Positions 1 to 15,605 of a DNA stretch of 64,000 bases are shown in pieces. The translations under genes were made by a program, and so were the position numbers. The stretch lies in IMG/VR virus record IMGVR_UViG_3300045988_126669, positions 33,217 to 97,216 of that record; one strand, 5' to 3'. Below the pieces are notes generated by a model that was given only the letters and a program-made list of their open reading frames with translations, was not told the origin of the DNA and searched no databases. Source of the stretch: a virus. Every line of letters starts with the position of its first letter. Position 1 is the stretch's first letter.

Positions 1-2944
1 AGCATAAACTACTTTATGTTTAAATTCATCTAACTTTTTAAGAAAGTCGGTATCATATTGTCTTTGAGTCTTCATAATCCTCTACCGCCTTTCTTAAAGT
101 ATCAATGAATAAAGCATAAGTTTCATCTATAGTTTTTTGTAATTCTGCTACTTTTCTATTGTATTTTTTTATACAATCCTAAATATTATTTTGATTTACA
201 TTATAAAATGGATCATCGTTAGAGAAGTCAGGATTACTTTTATCTTGTTCTAATTCTTTAAAATCTTTTAAAGCTTTTTTAGCTCTTAACCAATTTTGCT
301 TTAATTGATAAATAGTCGTTGTAGTATAGGTCTACCCATTAAAAATTCTATAAGTAGTTTGATTATCATTTTCAAAAGAATAAACTACTTCTTGACGTTG
401 AACTGATAATTCGCATAAAACGCCTGGATCGATTTCAATAGAAGTAATATCAGTTAAGTCTTTAATCTAATATTCATTCTTCTAATCAATACCAATAATT
501 TGTTTATCATCTTCATTTATTCTAATATTACAAGCCCAATTCTTTTCACTAACTAATACGCCAGAATCATAAATTTCTTTCTTAGTATATCCATCAATAT
601 AGTAATCTTGTTCTTCAGTTTGACTTACTAAATAGATATGATAAATTAAGGTAGGATCAAAATCTACACGTTTAATTTCTACAGAATGATCTTTTTCTCC
701 TTCTTCTTCACTAATTGCTCTGCCGGGAGTAGTATAAAAATTAACTTTATTACTTGTATATAATTTCTATACATCACGCTTAGTAAAACGCAAGAAATAA
801 ATCTATGTTACTTTGTATTTAAAATCATCATTATAAAGATTTAAAATATTACCTTCAGTTCCATAATATTGCTCTAAAGGCAAATCCGCGACTTGAATAT
901 CATTAATAGTATCAAACTTACTTGCCTGCTTGCCATAATAAGAATATACAATAGTTCCTTGCTATAAGCCCACGTCAGATAATTCTACTACTTTAACACT
1001 ATAGATTGGAGCAACATGATCTATTAAATAAGCTCCTGTAATACCAATAACAATTTCTTCTCCATCAATGCTGAACTTATCTCCAGGAGCAAAACCTTCA
1101 AATCGAATCGTTATCGCAGGAGAATTAGCTAAAATATCTTTGGTCTATAAACTATAATGATCTCCGTCATAAAGTAATTCAAACATAGGATAAAAACTTA
1201 ATGTTTGTAATAAATTATCTAAACAAGTTTGTTTATTTGCTTGTAATTTATTAATTTCTACCTAAGTCAGATTTTCATCTTTCAAATTATCAATATAGGT
1301 ATTTACATCATTAATATACCCATTAATTTTATACCATCCATCAAAAGAAATACTATCCCATTTAAGAATTTCGCTCTCGGGCGGGTCCGCGTCAATAAAT
1401 CCATAAGTAGTAAGATTATCAAAACTAACTTTATCAATCTCATATGCAGTTCCACTAAATGTATGAAGCATACGTCCTAATTTATCTTCAGGGCTTAAAC
1501 TTACATTTAACAAACGCACAATAAAGTTTCCTTCTGTTGGAGATTTAAATAATTTAGGTTCTCCATCAGTTAAAAATTCTAAAGCCTTAGTTTTAAATTG
1601 ACGTTCTATATTAATATTATAGTTAGTTAAATCAGTTGATGTAAAATCTTTAATTTCATCATCGCCTAATTTACCTATAAATAAATGGTCTTCATCCATA
1701 AGGTAAGAAATTAAACCACTTATAGGAAATTCGTGATAATAAGTATTTCCATTCCTAAAAATATAAGGATATTGGCTTCCAATAGTATCAGTTTTACTTT
1801 CAAGGGTATTAATTTTAAAATTGCTTACTTTTGGATTAAATCTTATTTTTAATAACTATCCATTATTATATAAAAAACTATCTTCAAAAATACTATATAC
1901 AGTATTAGAAAAGATTTTATTACTGCGGACCGCAGTTTCGTCGCTATATTGCTGAACCGCATATTGATAACTAAACCCATGCTCGACAGTAAAATCTCTA
2001 TATAATTCTCTTGATGGAGTTTCACCAACTAATTTAAATTTTAATACTGTATTCCAAGTATTGAAATCATCTTCGCTACTGGCTCTTAATAAAGCAAAAG
2101 CCCCAGTAGCAGGAATTTCTAACCCTGTTTTTTTATCGCGGATTCCATTTAAATTAATTTTTACATATCCATTATTTTCATCCATAGTAGCGGAAAGGGT
2201 TGCTTGTAATTCTGGATTAATAGTTTCTCTATTAATGATTTGGTATCTAACACTCTCTGCTTCATAGTTATTAATAGTAGTTATAGAATATTGAATAAAA
2301 TAATTTTTATTTTTTTGTAATTCTTTATTTAATTCAAAACTATCATAACTTTCATTTAATTCCGTGTCATTAATTGAATTATGTAATTGCTCTCCACTAT
2401 CAGCAAAAATATTACCATTTTCATCATACACTTTAAATCTATATGAATAAACTTTTTCAGTAATATCATCATTTTTTTCTTTTTGGCTATATACTCCAAT
2501 AAAATTTGTTTTATTTATTCCTACTAAATTATCTTCAAAACCTTTTATATAAACTGCGGGCTTAGTCGTGCATTTAGCAATACCAACCGTAGAATAATAT
2601 CCAACTACTCCATTAGTATTAATATATGCTAACTGAATTTTGTAAGACTATCCTGGATTTAATTTATATTGAATAGGTTTTCCATTATTAGTAATTGATT
2701 TAAGATTTATATTAAAAGTAATAGAACCTTGTTCCAAACAACCGCGGACTTTGCTTGGAGTAAAATCCGCGGTTGTTCCCTAAGCAATTACGACATTGCT
2801 TGACACTGTTTTAATTATATAACATAATCCTGAAACTTCTACCATACTAACTGCACGATTCATTTGAAATGGAATAGTAATTTCCTATCCAACAAATGCT
2901 GGTAAAGTTCCAGATATAATAGGTGGATATAATTTATTAACCAT
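1..2944 (-). CDS. tail/baseplate structural protein, partial (>980 aa; continues past the window start); read with TAG=Gln
   Basis: ATG at 2942-2944 preceded by a GGAGGG RBS. Same-frame fragments 1856..2431 and 1262..1699 are joined by in-frame TAGs. It is the last gene of the tail module. Confidence 0.5.
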
Positions 2945-2945
2945 T

Positions 2946-3122
2946 TTATCCCTCCTAATTATTCTCGTTATTCTTCTCCTCTTGAAGATCTACTAATCTA
3001 TTTGTAAAATCTCTTAATTGTTTTAAACACTCTCCCATAAGAATAGTATCTTCTCCTTTAGTTGATACTAAAGAAAGAGTATTGTATAAAACTTTTAAAA
3101 AATTAATATCTTGTTCTTTCAT
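2946..3122 (-). CDS. small 58-aa protein (one in-frame TAG)
   Basis: ATG 3120-3122 with an AAAAGGAG RBS. The TAA stop overlaps the downstream ATG. Confidence 0.35.
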
Positions 3123-3144
3123 TTTCCTTTTTCTCCTTTTTAAT

Positions 3145-6100
3145 TTAACCTGTTATTTCTTTTCCATTGAGAGTCAATGAACCATTTATTACAACGGGAC
3201 CTTGTAAATAGATAGACCTATCAGTCACATTAAGATAATTACCAGTTCCTCCCATTAAGCCAATTGTGCCATTAAAAATAGTTAAATTGGGAGTAGAAGA
3301 ATATTCAACAGAAGGACCTAAATAAATATTACTACTATTTTTATAATTCAAAATTTTTGATAAATAACTTAAATCATCTACCGCACTCTATGCATTAGAC
3401 GCAGCATTGCTAGCTACTATAGAAATTGAAGCAGCTGTTTCCGCTACATCCGCGGCTGCATCTGCTGCCTATTGAGCTTTAGTAGCAGCAGCCCCCGCCG
3501 CACTAGCGGCACTTTTAGCTTCAGCAGCAGCGCTACCAATTGCATTTAATATATCACTTAATGATTTTTCTCCCGCTCCATACTAAATATACCAAGGCTA
3601 TCCCGTAGAACCATTATAATTAATTTTAATATTATCACTAAAAGTACCAGACTAAGCATAAATTTTACCATTTAATAAATCTAAACTTAACCCTGTTATT
3701 ACACTAGCTCCAGACTCATTATAAGTATATTCAAAATCTTTAGATTCTATAATACTTGAAGTTCCATTAATTATAATCTATCCTGTGCTAGATTTACCAA
3801 AAGTAGCAGTTCCGTCATCTTTTAAAGCATAAACTTGATATCCATTATTATATCCATAAACCCCAGTATTATAAGAAATACTTGAATCTGCATTTTGTTT
3901 TGTTCCAAAATCACCTATTAATACTCCGGTAAAAGTATTAGCATTTTTATCTTTTTTACCTGCAGCAATCTAAGCTACACCTAAAAAATTATTTTCTACA
4001 TCAGTATAAAATTTTCCATCCCATTTATTTACCATAGCAGATGGATATTTATTCTATAATACTAAAATAGGCTACGTCCAAACTATCTTATTTCCCTATT
4101 TTCCTTGGACTCCATAAACGCTTACTCCATCAACATAAAAACTCATAGGACTTAGTCTATACTCTTTTTTATCTTCATTATAATTAATCTTACCGATAAA
4201 AGCATCATTAGAATTACTAGAATAAATACTCCAAGTCGCAATTTCATCTACTTCGCCATTTACAAATAATTTATAAGGCTCTTTAGAAAATGTAGGTTCA
4301 CCATTACTTAAATAAATTACCTCTGTTGGACCATTTATATAAGTATTATCTAAAGTTGTAATAGGAACTGGATAGTAAGCAGTTAAATCATAGTCTCCCC
4401 AACCAGATAATTTTACCTACAAAATAATTAAATTACTCATTATAGAGTTTGTAGTATTAACTCTTAACACACAATTCTAATTATTAGTATTCTATAAATC
4501 AACATTATTAACCGTTGATCCAGCCATAAAACTCCAAGTCCAATTACATTTTTCAAAATTAGTAATTTCTTTACCTTCATTATCATATAACTAAGCTCTA
4601 AAAGTATAATTATCTCTTACTCCACTTTTTATAGCAGTAAATACTTTATTATTTAAATTCTCGTGAGCTATCATATCAATTACCAAAGTACAATCAGTGC
4701 CATTAGTTCCTACCTATCCAAAAGTGAAATCTTTAATGGAGGTATAAACAATACCATCTTTTTCTACTTTAGCAATTACGGTATTATTAGATTTATTACT
4801 ACTATAAAAAGTATTAATAGTATAATTTAAAGAAAATTCTCCAGGAGAAACATTGACGTTTTCATTAGTTAAATCAATAATAATTTCTTTATAAGTAGCA
4901 TCAGTTCCATCATCTTTAATACCAAAATTAAGCATAGTATTTTTAATAGGAATTTGCCAAATTACTCTCTAAGCTTCAACTAATTTACTTTCTCCATCCT
5001 AATTTTTACCAATTATACCATTATTAATAGCATAAGTCTTAGAATCAAAATGCAAAGTTAATTTACGACTAATCTTTCCATCTGATCTATTCATCAAATA
5101 ATTAGCCTAATTATAAATTAAATAATTACCATTAGTCTAATCTTCACAGTGAATAGACAAAGCATTTAAACTATCAATAGTCGCATCATTAGGAACTTGT
5201 TTTTCATTATTAAAAGTAATTATATTACTTCTATAAACTTTTCCATTATATAAAATAATTACTTTAACCTATTCTTGATTTTTATTAGAGCGCGGTTTTA
5301 GCTAATAATAAAAATTATTTTTATTATCTTCAATCGCAGTCCAATAGACACCAGAATATTCGTCCGCGGAAGGTGCTCCAAATTCATACGCATACCAGCG
5401 AACTTCAAATATATCTTCTTTTTTATGTTCAGTTATTTGAGTTCTATTGCCATCTTCATCAAAATGAACCCATTTCAATTTAATAGTTTTAGAATCAATC
5501 TAACCTTTATCATCAATTACATAAGTACTTCCATCTAATGAATACAGTCTTACATATTCATTTTCTATTTCATCTGCGGAAATACCTAATCCCATATATA
5601 TATCTTTTACAAAGATATTATTAGGCGGAATTGACATATTGAAATCATTGGCATAACTAATTAAATTATTATTACTATCTTTAAAATTATCTTTTTGATA
5701 TAAAAATATTTTTATATTATATATTTTAGCTACTGCGCTAGTATCAATAACAATTTCTTGAGAATAATATCCTTCAAAATTATAGGGATTGCCATACATG
5801 TCATTAGTATCTAAATCAATGGATGCGATTAAAGGGGTTTCTCCATTATTTTTGATACTTGCTTCTATTTTTTTAATATTATCCGCAGTATCATCTTTAA
5901 TACCATATATATTTATTTTTAATCCATAATTACCACTTATTACACCGAGTGTTTCAAGCCAGGCGCGGAAATCGGCACGCAGCCCCAACCGCGTAAATCC
6001 CTATTGCTCATCAGTAAAGGTAATTCCGCCATTTGGAGTAATCTCAATTTCCTCTTCATTACCATTAGCTAAGATACTCCAAATTTCTTTATTATTATCT

Positions 6101-6462
6101 TTGGCAATAAAAAAATTACCAGTTAAATCAATAAAAGTATTAAAAGGATTGACAAAATTATATGGTTTATTTTCATTTTTATCTGTCTTTTTACCGACAA
6201 TAAATTTAGTGCTATTATAGTCTCCTTCTGGAATCTATACATACACTTTATCGCCTTTGTTATAAGTGGTTATTTGGGAATAAGCATAAAATTCCGCATA
6301 AGATTCATTTTTGATCTTATACTTACCAATAAGTTTATCAGTCGCATCAATAATAGTACATTCAATGGTACTATCAAATTTAACTTTGTCAACACTTGAA
6401 TTAGCAATAATACTCATTGCTTGACATAAACTTTCTTGAATATTTAGTGCGTTATCAGCCAA
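3145..6462 (-). CDS. large tail fiber / distal tail protein (~1105 aa), TAG-recoded
   Basis: Track ORFs 6235..6462, 5500..5988, 4714..4935 and 3145..3351 all share one frame, bounded by in-frame TAGs that I checked at 4969 and 4714. TTG start with an AAGGAGGG RBS, and a TAA stop at 3145. Contains an Ala-rich collagen-like stretch near 3400-3550. Confidence 0.55.
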
Positions 6463-6540
6463 AATAATCCCTCCTTTTACTCATTACTCTATAATTTTCT
6501 AAAAAATTAATTAGTTTTATTCAATATAATTACCCAAAAA

Positions 6541-6576
6541 GAAAAAGGGTGAAGCCTATAAGACTTCACCCTTAAT
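6541..6576. terminator. bidirectional intrinsic terminator after the tape-measure gene
   Basis: aaagggtgaagcctataagacttcaccctt hairpin flanked by T/A runs on both strands. Confidence 0.5.
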
Positions 6577-6577
6577 T

Positions 6578-9500
6578 TTATTTTCTATTGGCATATTGAG
6601 AAGCTACATTAACTAATGTATTAAATGCTTCTTGAATTTCGTATCTATCAGTAGCGTTCGGGAAACTAGCTTCAATTCTAACATTCTATTCTAATGTTCC
6701 ATCTTGAGAACTAACAGTAAATCCAGAAGAAGAAAGGGTAGAGATTTGTTGACTATTGAAATCTAATTGTTTAGCGATCTATCTAACTAATTGGATAGAA
6801 GCTAACATATTTTCCGTATCATCAGCATTAAGAACTAATTCTTTCTAATGTAAGAACGCTAATTTTCCGCTATCATTCCAAGTGCCAGTATAACCACCAC
6901 TTCTAAATCCGACTAAATCTCTCCATTCCTAATCAGTAAGCTAAGCAAAACTATATTTACCATTAGGAAGTTTACCAGAGATTTTTCCTTCACTGAGTAA
7001 TTTATAATATGCATCAACTCGAGCCGTAGTGTCTTCATTGATACTACCGCCATTAGCAATTTTTTCTTCGCGGTTTCTTTTATATTGATTATATTGCGCG
7101 GAACCATAAGCCACAGTGCCCATCATGGCCGCCCAGTCAGTATCTCCACCACTATCGCTACCAAATCCACTTTGAGAGCGTAATGTCGCTTGAATAGCGT
7201 TCAAAAGCTCTTCATAAGCTCTAATAGTATCAAGTAATTGCTGACGATGTTGTGCCCAAGCTTCAGTAGCACTACGGACAGAACTTAACTCACCTTCAAG
7301 AGCAGGAATAACTCTATTAGATACTTCTTGATAAAGTTTATTACTTTCATCAGTAACATCTTTAACTTTCTATTGAGTATCTTTTAAATCATCACCAACA
7401 ATTTTACTAATTTCATCCATACTGTCTTGCCATTCTTTAAATGTATCATTGATAATATTAGTGTTTTCAGTAATGGTATCTTTCCAACTATTACTATTAT
7501 CTTTGATAATATCAAAAGAATTTACCCAAGCGTCTTGAACAACTCTACTATCCTCTTCTTGTGCTTTTGCATAAAGATTTCCAGCAGTAGTAATTAAATC
7601 AGTATATTGTTGAATTACTAAAGCACGTTCTTGTTGATATGTGGTCTCGCGGTAAACAGCATCTTCCGCGGCTTTCTAATCAAGTTCCGCGAGCTTCTCA
7701 GCCAACTCTTTCTCATATTGAAGTTTTTGTTGACCATATTTATTTGTCGCATCAAGACGAATATTATATAAATCATTTTCCGCGTCCGCCAAAGCCTATT
7801 GCGCGTCATTTACTTTCTCTTGGTCTGCGGTATACACATAACCAAAATTACCCTCATTATCACGTTGTAATCTAACTGTGGATTTTGCGTTTTGAGCTTC
7901 CTCTAATGCAATTTGCGCTTCAAGCACTTTATATTTAGCCTAAGCAATTTCTAATTCTAATTGACTTAATTTATCTTTATCTCTTAACTACTCAATTTCT
8001 TTAGTAAATTGCTGGTATCTATTTTTAGCTGCTTGATTATTTGTCTTATCAATAGCCTAATTAACATTATTAAGTAGTTTATTCATTTCATAAATCTAAT
8101 TAGTTTTTGTTAAGTATTCATCTTGATAAGAAGACATTCTATCCAAAGCATCATTTAAAGCATCCCAACCGGAAATATTAAAGTTATTACCATTAATACT
8201 TACTTTAGTAGTGCTTAATTGCTTATTCATTTCATCCGCAGCTTGTTCCATCTTTGTAGTAAGAATTTCTTTTAATGCTTCACCATATTCTTCCGCTTTA
8301 GAAAGCATATCTTCTTCCGCTTCATCGAACGCGGCTAATATAGCATCATAATTCTTTTGAAGCACTTCGCGTTCAGCCTCATCAGTTGAACTGGCTAAAG
8401 CTGCGGCCGCTGCATCGCGCTCACGCTTCAAGCTTTCGTACCATTGTTTAGAAGTATCAAAATTATTTTTCTTAGTCTAAGCAGTTCCATTTAAAACTGA
8501 TAAAACTTTATCATAATCTTTATCTTTACCTAACAAAGTAATAATAGAACGATAATGATCTAATACACTAGTTAAATGCTCCATATGATTTGTATATTTA
8601 GACAATTCATCATTTGCTAAATCTATAGTATTACCATAATATTCAAGCATTTCTTTATCTAAATCCTACAAAGCATTTAAATTATCTAATGTATTATCAT
8701 ATACATCTTGTAAGCCTTCGATATAATTTTCTTGAGAAATTTCTCCATTAGAATAAGCATTGTTTAACTAACCATAGAAATTTTCATAAGTTCCTAATTG
8801 GCTAATTACTGGATCAAATTGACCTTGTAAATATCCAAGAGCTTCAGCAGCTTTATAAATATTATCACTTAATTTATCGAAATAATATTCTAATTTCTTA
8901 GTATCATTTTCATCTAATTGAATTTTTACTTCAACTTCATAAATTAATTTTTCATAATGTAATTCTTGAACTGTATTCTTTAAATCAATTAAAGCTTTTT
9001 CTTGCTCTTTTAATTTATCTAAAGTTTCTTCATACTACTCTAAAGCTTCTCTCTATTTATCAGTAGTAGCTTTATTATATAAAGCAGTATAATTATCGAT
9101 TTCTAATGTTTCCTTATTAAAAATTGCCTATCCGCCGAACTGTTTTTGAACTTCCTACCGATCTACAGCTACATTCGCTAAAATTAAATTATACAACTAA
9201 GACTATAAATCAATCAATTTTTTATTAGCTTCAATTTCTTGATTTATATTATCAATTTTAGCTTTTCCATAAAGTTTATCTTTGCTATCCGCTAATTTAT
9301 CTAAAAGTTTTTGATAATATTGAATTTCACGAGTTATTTCATGATAGCGCTCAGCGACTTTTTGCAATTCTTTAGCAGTATTAGATGCATTTTTTCCAAG
9401 ATTTTTAAAAGCATTATTAGTCTTTAAAACTGATGCTCCAACAGAAGCAATCATCCCGCGGATGTCATTTGCCTATGCCATAGTAGAAGCATAAAGGGAA

Positions 9501-12500
9501 TTATAAGTAGCCGCAATTTTAGCCCAAGTTTCTTTGGAAGTATTTTGTCCATCTGCTAATGCTTTATCTAACGTCTTCTATGCATCTTCTAAGACTTTTG
9601 CTTCAGCACTAACACCTGTTGACCCTTTATAATCAACCTAGAATTTTCCTTCTAGTTTTCCCTTTCCATTTCCGCTAACTGCTTTTTTCATATTATTTAT
9701 AGCAGTATTAGCAAAATCTACAGAATTCTATGCTGCTGATTTAAAAGCTTTCTACCAATTTTCCGCTACAACTTTAGCATTATCTTTTGAAGAATTGGCA
9801 ACAATTTCTTGATTATCAGCCTATGTATCAGCTGTATCTTTACTATTTTTTGATTCTAATTCAGCTAAATTGCCAGAGATACTACTCCTAATAGCCGCAG
9901 ATTCCTAAGCACTTAAATTTTCAGCTGTGGCAAGAATTTCTGCCAAATGAGCTATATTTTTATAATTTACAGCTTTCGCTTCTAATAAAGTAGCCTAATT
10001 ATTTAACTATTCGACAGTAGCTTCAGCGTCAGCAGCAATTTCTGCTTTAGCTGCATCAAAGCAATCTTTAACAACACTTTCTTTTAATTTAGCTGATCCA
10101 TCTTTAGCTATTGTCATTCCTTCAATAATACCAGGAAAAACATTATTTAATTCTCGAATGTCATCAGCAGCAACACTATAATTAGGACCAATTTTAGAAG
10201 CCTAAGTATTCATATCTTTAATAGCATTTGTAATACTATTAAATTCTTGTTCTGCTTGGCCATGAACTTCAACATTTATACTATATTGCTAATCTGCTAA
10301 TTCATCCATAGAATCTTTAAATTTACTAAGATCAGCCTCTACAGTAACATTTACTCCTTCTTTTTTATTTATGATCTATAAATTTTGTCGAAGTTCTTTA
10401 AGAAGTTTATCTGAATCTTTATTTAAATCATTTAATTTGATTTCAGCCATTTTATCTTGGACTTGTTCTAAAGCTTCATAATAAGTTTGACTACCAGCAT
10501 TCCAAGTATGAGATAATTCTAAAGCCGCAGATTCTAATTCAGGATATTGTTTTTTTATTATTTCTAATTGCTATATCAAGTTAGAATAATCTTCATTAGA
10601 AGAAATATTTTCTTGAGTAACATCTCCACTCTATAATCCACTAATTAAATTAGAAGCGTTTTTTTCGCCCGTTTTGGCAGCGTCAACAATTCTCTAATTA
10701 TAATTATCAGGATTATAATTATTTAAACTATTTTCGAACCCTTCTAGCCAAGCTTCTCCATCATTTAATCCTAAAGATTCCATTTGTTCTTTAGTTAATC
10801 CTAAAGCTTCTGCAAATCCATCTGATCCAAGTTGTTTTAATTCTTCAACCTAATCAGGAGATAATTCAGATAAAATAGAAGTTAAATCTAAACCACTTTC
10901 GGCATTTGCTAGACTATCAAGAATTGCCTATGAAAAATTAGCACCAAATGTTTTATCAAAAAATTCTGTTTTCTTAAGAAGGTTTTCAATAGATTTATCA
11001 AATTCTTCTAAATTATAAGAATCATTATTCTCTAAAGAATTAAAAATTTCATCTGTTGCTCTTTTCCTAGCGATCTATTCTCGCATATAGGAATCATTTT
11101 CGTCTTCAAAAAGGACAGTTCCGTTTATATTCTTTAAAGTTCCTTTTCCAGTCCCACCACTATAAATATATTGACCTAACTCTTCTTCTGTTAATCCTAA
11201 AACTTCTCTTGCATAAGCTTTTGCTAATTCTTTATCATTATCTATATTTAAATCAGCATTATTATTATGAGCTGGCAAAGTTAAATTAGTAAAATCTTTA
11301 CCACTATTTTTAAGAATTTGACGCTAATATCCTGCTTCAGCAGCATAAATATAATCCTATAAAACAGTATTATCAGTAATCTTTTCAACTCGTCCAGAAT
11401 TATTTTGAATATTTTTACTTTTTAATATTTCATTACTATAATAATCAGTAGCTTTAGTAGCTTCAGTAATACTATCTGCTAAATTAAAGAAAGCATCACT
11501 ACTTTCCATAATTTTATCAATGCTCTCAGAATAAAACGTTGTATTTTCTTCTAATTTTTGTCTTAAAATTTCATCCTAACTCTTATGAGTTTTTATACTT
11601 TCTTTCTATGCTTCAATAGCAAATTGAGTAATTAATTCAATTTCACCATTTGTAATTGTGCCAGAATTTCCTTCTCGCTTTACTTTACCAATATTTCTAC
11701 TTAAATCAGTATTAGAAACTTCTTTTTTAGCAGATTCAACATCAATTTTAGCACTCTACTAAAGAACTTTTATATTATTTGCAGTATCATTAATTTTCTT
11801 TTGAGCTTCTTCAATAGCTCCTGTATCAAAAACAATTAAGCCATCTTTAATTTCATATTTATCCCATAATCTATAAGTTTCAATTAGTTCTTTAGCTTTC
11901 TCATTAGCTGATTCTAAAGAATCTGTATATTCCTATGTTTTTTTATCTAACCCATTAAGCGCTTCAACGGCTGTAGTATAATCATTAGCTTTATTTTTAA
12001 ATTCTTCAATTGATGAAGTTAATTCATTGTATTTTTCAGTTAATTTTTCTACTGTTTCACTAGCAGATTTTAAATTATTATCTGCTTTATTATATTCATC
12101 TATAGCAGATTTAATAATAAACACTAAAGCACCAATAGCGGCTCCAACCAAAGCTATTGACCCTAAAGATTTAGTAAATACCTTAATTGCTAATTTAAAA
12201 GCTGCTACTCCTTTTAAAGTAACTAAATTTAACGCTTCTTGTTCTAAGGCCTATCCATTTAATCCAACAGCAGTCATTAAAGAACTAGATAACATTCCCA
12301 TACTAGCAATTGAAGTTTTATTTAAAGAATTCATTAATAAGGGTAAGGCAATAGATAAAGCAGTTACGGTTGAAAGTAATTTATCTCCAATACCAATTTC
12401 ATCATTATTCCATGTATCTACAATTCCTTTTATAGAAGTTATTGCCATAGCAATACTGCTTAATCCCTAAGCAAAAGAAGCTACTCCTGCTTCTGCTGAA

Positions 12501-14884
12501 GGTAATACTCCACTAAAAGAATTTATAGTATTAATATATTCTTGATTAGCATCAGTGGCTCTATTAGTAGCCTATACATTATTAAGAATTTCAATAACCA
12601 TAGAAGAATATGAATCTTGTAATGAATTAATAGTATTTTCAATCTGTTCTTCAGTCATCTAAGTGCCTTCTAAAGTACTTCGTAACTATGAAAATGCTGA
12701 ATTGGCTTCATTTTCTGTAATAGTAATTAAACTATTTAACTAATTTCTAAATTCTTCAGTTGTATTATAAGTCCCATTAAGAATATTATCTAAACTATTA
12801 AAAGACATCCCTAACTAAGAAGTTTTATCACGAACCTATTGGAGTTTCTCTTTTAATTCATCTAAATTTTCGATATCTCTTGTAGCACTTTGGAAATCAT
12901 CTAAAACACTAGATAAAACAAAATTCTGTCTAGTAGAATTTACCTAAGATCTATAATCCTAAACATTCCCTTGTTTCATTCTAACTTGCGTTTCAAGCTA
13001 TCTTTCTAATTGACGAGTTATTTTTTGCTATTGTTCTAAATCTTGAGCACTCTTAATTGCTCGTTCTCCAAGTTTTTCATTAATATCTATAATAAATTTA
13101 GCCTAAGCCTATTCTTCTTCAGTCAACTGACTCCCCTAAGCAATTAATTCTCTTTGTTTCTAAATTAAAACATCTTGTAAATTAGCCTACTAAGTATAAA
13201 TATCACTACGAGTAGAATAATCAGGTCCCTAATCAACATTATCTGCCATAATAGATCTCAATTTATTATTAGCTTCTTGACGCATTTTTACAATTTCATT
13301 TATTCCATTTTTAGAAGAAATTTTAATATTATACATCATCCGTTGAATAGATTTTGTAATATCATTCCCGAATACTTTAAATCCAATAGTTCCAATAATA
13401 GATAGAACTCCAGGCAGTCCTCCTAATGCTTTAATTAGCTAGCTAATAACATTTAATAATTTTGCAAAAATATTAGTTAATTGAATAAAAGCCTTATCAT
13501 CCAATAGCTAATCATAAATAGTTTCCAAAGAAGCAGTAACTCTATTTTTAGCAGCTTCCCAAGATTCTGCGTAAACGTCAGCTTGCTCCTGAAGAGATCC
13601 ATCAGCATCCTAAGCTTTAGTAAGATTTTCTTTATAATAATCAAAATGATCCATCAAAGCAATTAATTGAGTATATTGACGAACACCCGCAACCTATTGT
13701 GCTAAAGCTACTTGCTAATCTTTATCAATACTCTGCCATTTATTACCCATTTCTTCGATAATATTATCCATATCTTTTAATTCACCATTAGAATCTTTAA
13801 TATTAATTCCAACTTTTTCAAGAGCCTATGAGTATTGATTTAATGTAGTACCATCTTCTAAAGTTTCACCAAGTTTTAAACCTTGAATACGAGCAAAGAT
13901 CGTTTTTAAAGCAGTACCTACAACATCTTCACTTTGACGAGTAGTAGCAGTAATAGTGGCTAAAGCTGCTGCTGCATTATCAAAACTTAAACCAATTGTA
14001 CTAGCAACCGCTGCAAATTTTTCAAGGCCACCAGCAATCTCATCAGAACTAGAAGCGGTATCCGCACCTAAACGCACCATAGCATCAGCATAATGCTCTA
14101 ATGACTAGCTTCCATCATAAAAATTATTCCAGACAGCAGTCATTTGATCTGAAACAATTTCAGCACTTTCACGAGCCACATTTGCCATTTTTATAGTGAT
14201 GTCAGTACGTTCTTTTACCTATTCATCATTTAAACCCTACTGATAATAAATTAAGGCTGCGTCAGTATATTTAGTAGTTGTAGTGCTTAACTCTTTAGCA
14301 GCTTTATTTGCCTAAATTGCAAATTTTGCCATCTAATCTGCATTTTGTCCAGTAACGATACGAATATTATTTAAAGATTCATTTAAATCCTAAGCATAAT
14401 AATAGGCAGACTATATTGCTCCCATAAAGCCATGTAAAATACTTGAAGATATTTGCCAACGAGCAGTATTAGCTAAAGTAGTTCCAAATTCTTTTAATAA
14501 GGCATTACTTCTTTTTAAGGGCAACTCTGCTGTAGAAATAGATTTTGCTAAATTAGCGAAAGCCTATTCGCCTTCTCTACCTAAAATTTGTAGCTAATCT
14601 CCATACTCGCTAATAGTTCTTCCACTTTTTTTTAATGATTGATTAAATTTTCCTAAATCAATAGTCCCCGCCTCTGTTCGGCAAGTGACTAACATCCCTT
14701 GTAATTCACTAACATAAGGCAAGGCTTTTTGAATTTCTTGCGATAAACTTAAATTACCATAGCTGTTAACATTTTTTGTTAAATTATTAAGCTATTCTTG
14801 TAAATCTTTCAACTATTGTTGAGCCTATTTAGCATCAGCAGTAAATTGTAAATTAACCTAATAACTATTTAATTGTTTAGCCAT
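6578..14884 (-). CDS. tail tape measure protein, ~2768 aa (TP901-family N-terminus ...IYYQQGLNDEQV...), TAG-recoded
   Basis: ATG 14882-14884 with an AAAGGAG RBS. Seven track ORFs are all in frame 1 (ends 7204, 8431, 9454, 11278, 12151, 12448, 14080). I walked the frame from 6941 down to the TAA at 6578 and met only TAG. It has coiled-coil and TM-like segments typical of tape-measure proteins. Confidence 0.75.
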
Positions 14885-15008
14885 AGGAATCTCCTTTCTC
14901 TCCAATTTTTACTTTGCAAAATAAAAATAAAACGGGGATAAGAGCAATTACACTCTTATCCCCATCACTCTATTATTTTTCAAAAAATAATATTATTAAC
15001 TAATTTAA

Positions 15009-15542
15009 TTAGCCCAATTTAGTAAGCACATCTTTCAATAAAGCCATATTATCTGGATCATTTAACTTCTTTTGAATATCTGTCGCATCCAAATCTAAAT
15101 TGCTATAATCCGTGGAAATTGCTTCCATAATACCCATCGCAGAGTTGCGATATGCCACAATATTATTAGCCATCTCGTGAGTCGTTTTATTTAAATAATA
15201 AAATTCTCCATCTGGCACAAGGCCAATAATAAGATTAAGCACTTTAGAAGCATTAAGCATATCATAAAGCTTCATTGGATCTTCTTTTTGCTTTTCAGTA
15301 AATGAAATATTACTATAAGCATAAACAATCTCTAAACCAAGATTCATATCTAATTTTAAAAGGTTATAGTATCCAGTATTTTCATCCACTGAATTATTCA
15401 ATACCCGAGTAATCAATTCACTCTTTTCCACGATAGGAAGATATTGTTTTACTTCAATAGTCTAATCATTGTATTCAACAGTTTGAACTTTATTAAGTTC
15501 ATCCTTAGTAATTCCTAATTTATTATATGAAATTTTAGCCAT
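15009..15542 (-). CDS. tail assembly/chaperone-like protein (177 aa, 1 TAG)
   Basis: ATG 15540-15542 with a GGAGG RBS and a TAA stop at 15009. It sits between the major tail protein and the tape-measure gene. Confidence 0.5.
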
Positions 15543-15605
15543 AATTAGCCTCCTTTTACTCTTTATTATATTATACAAAAAATTTTTTATTTAGTCAAAA
15601 TTCAA

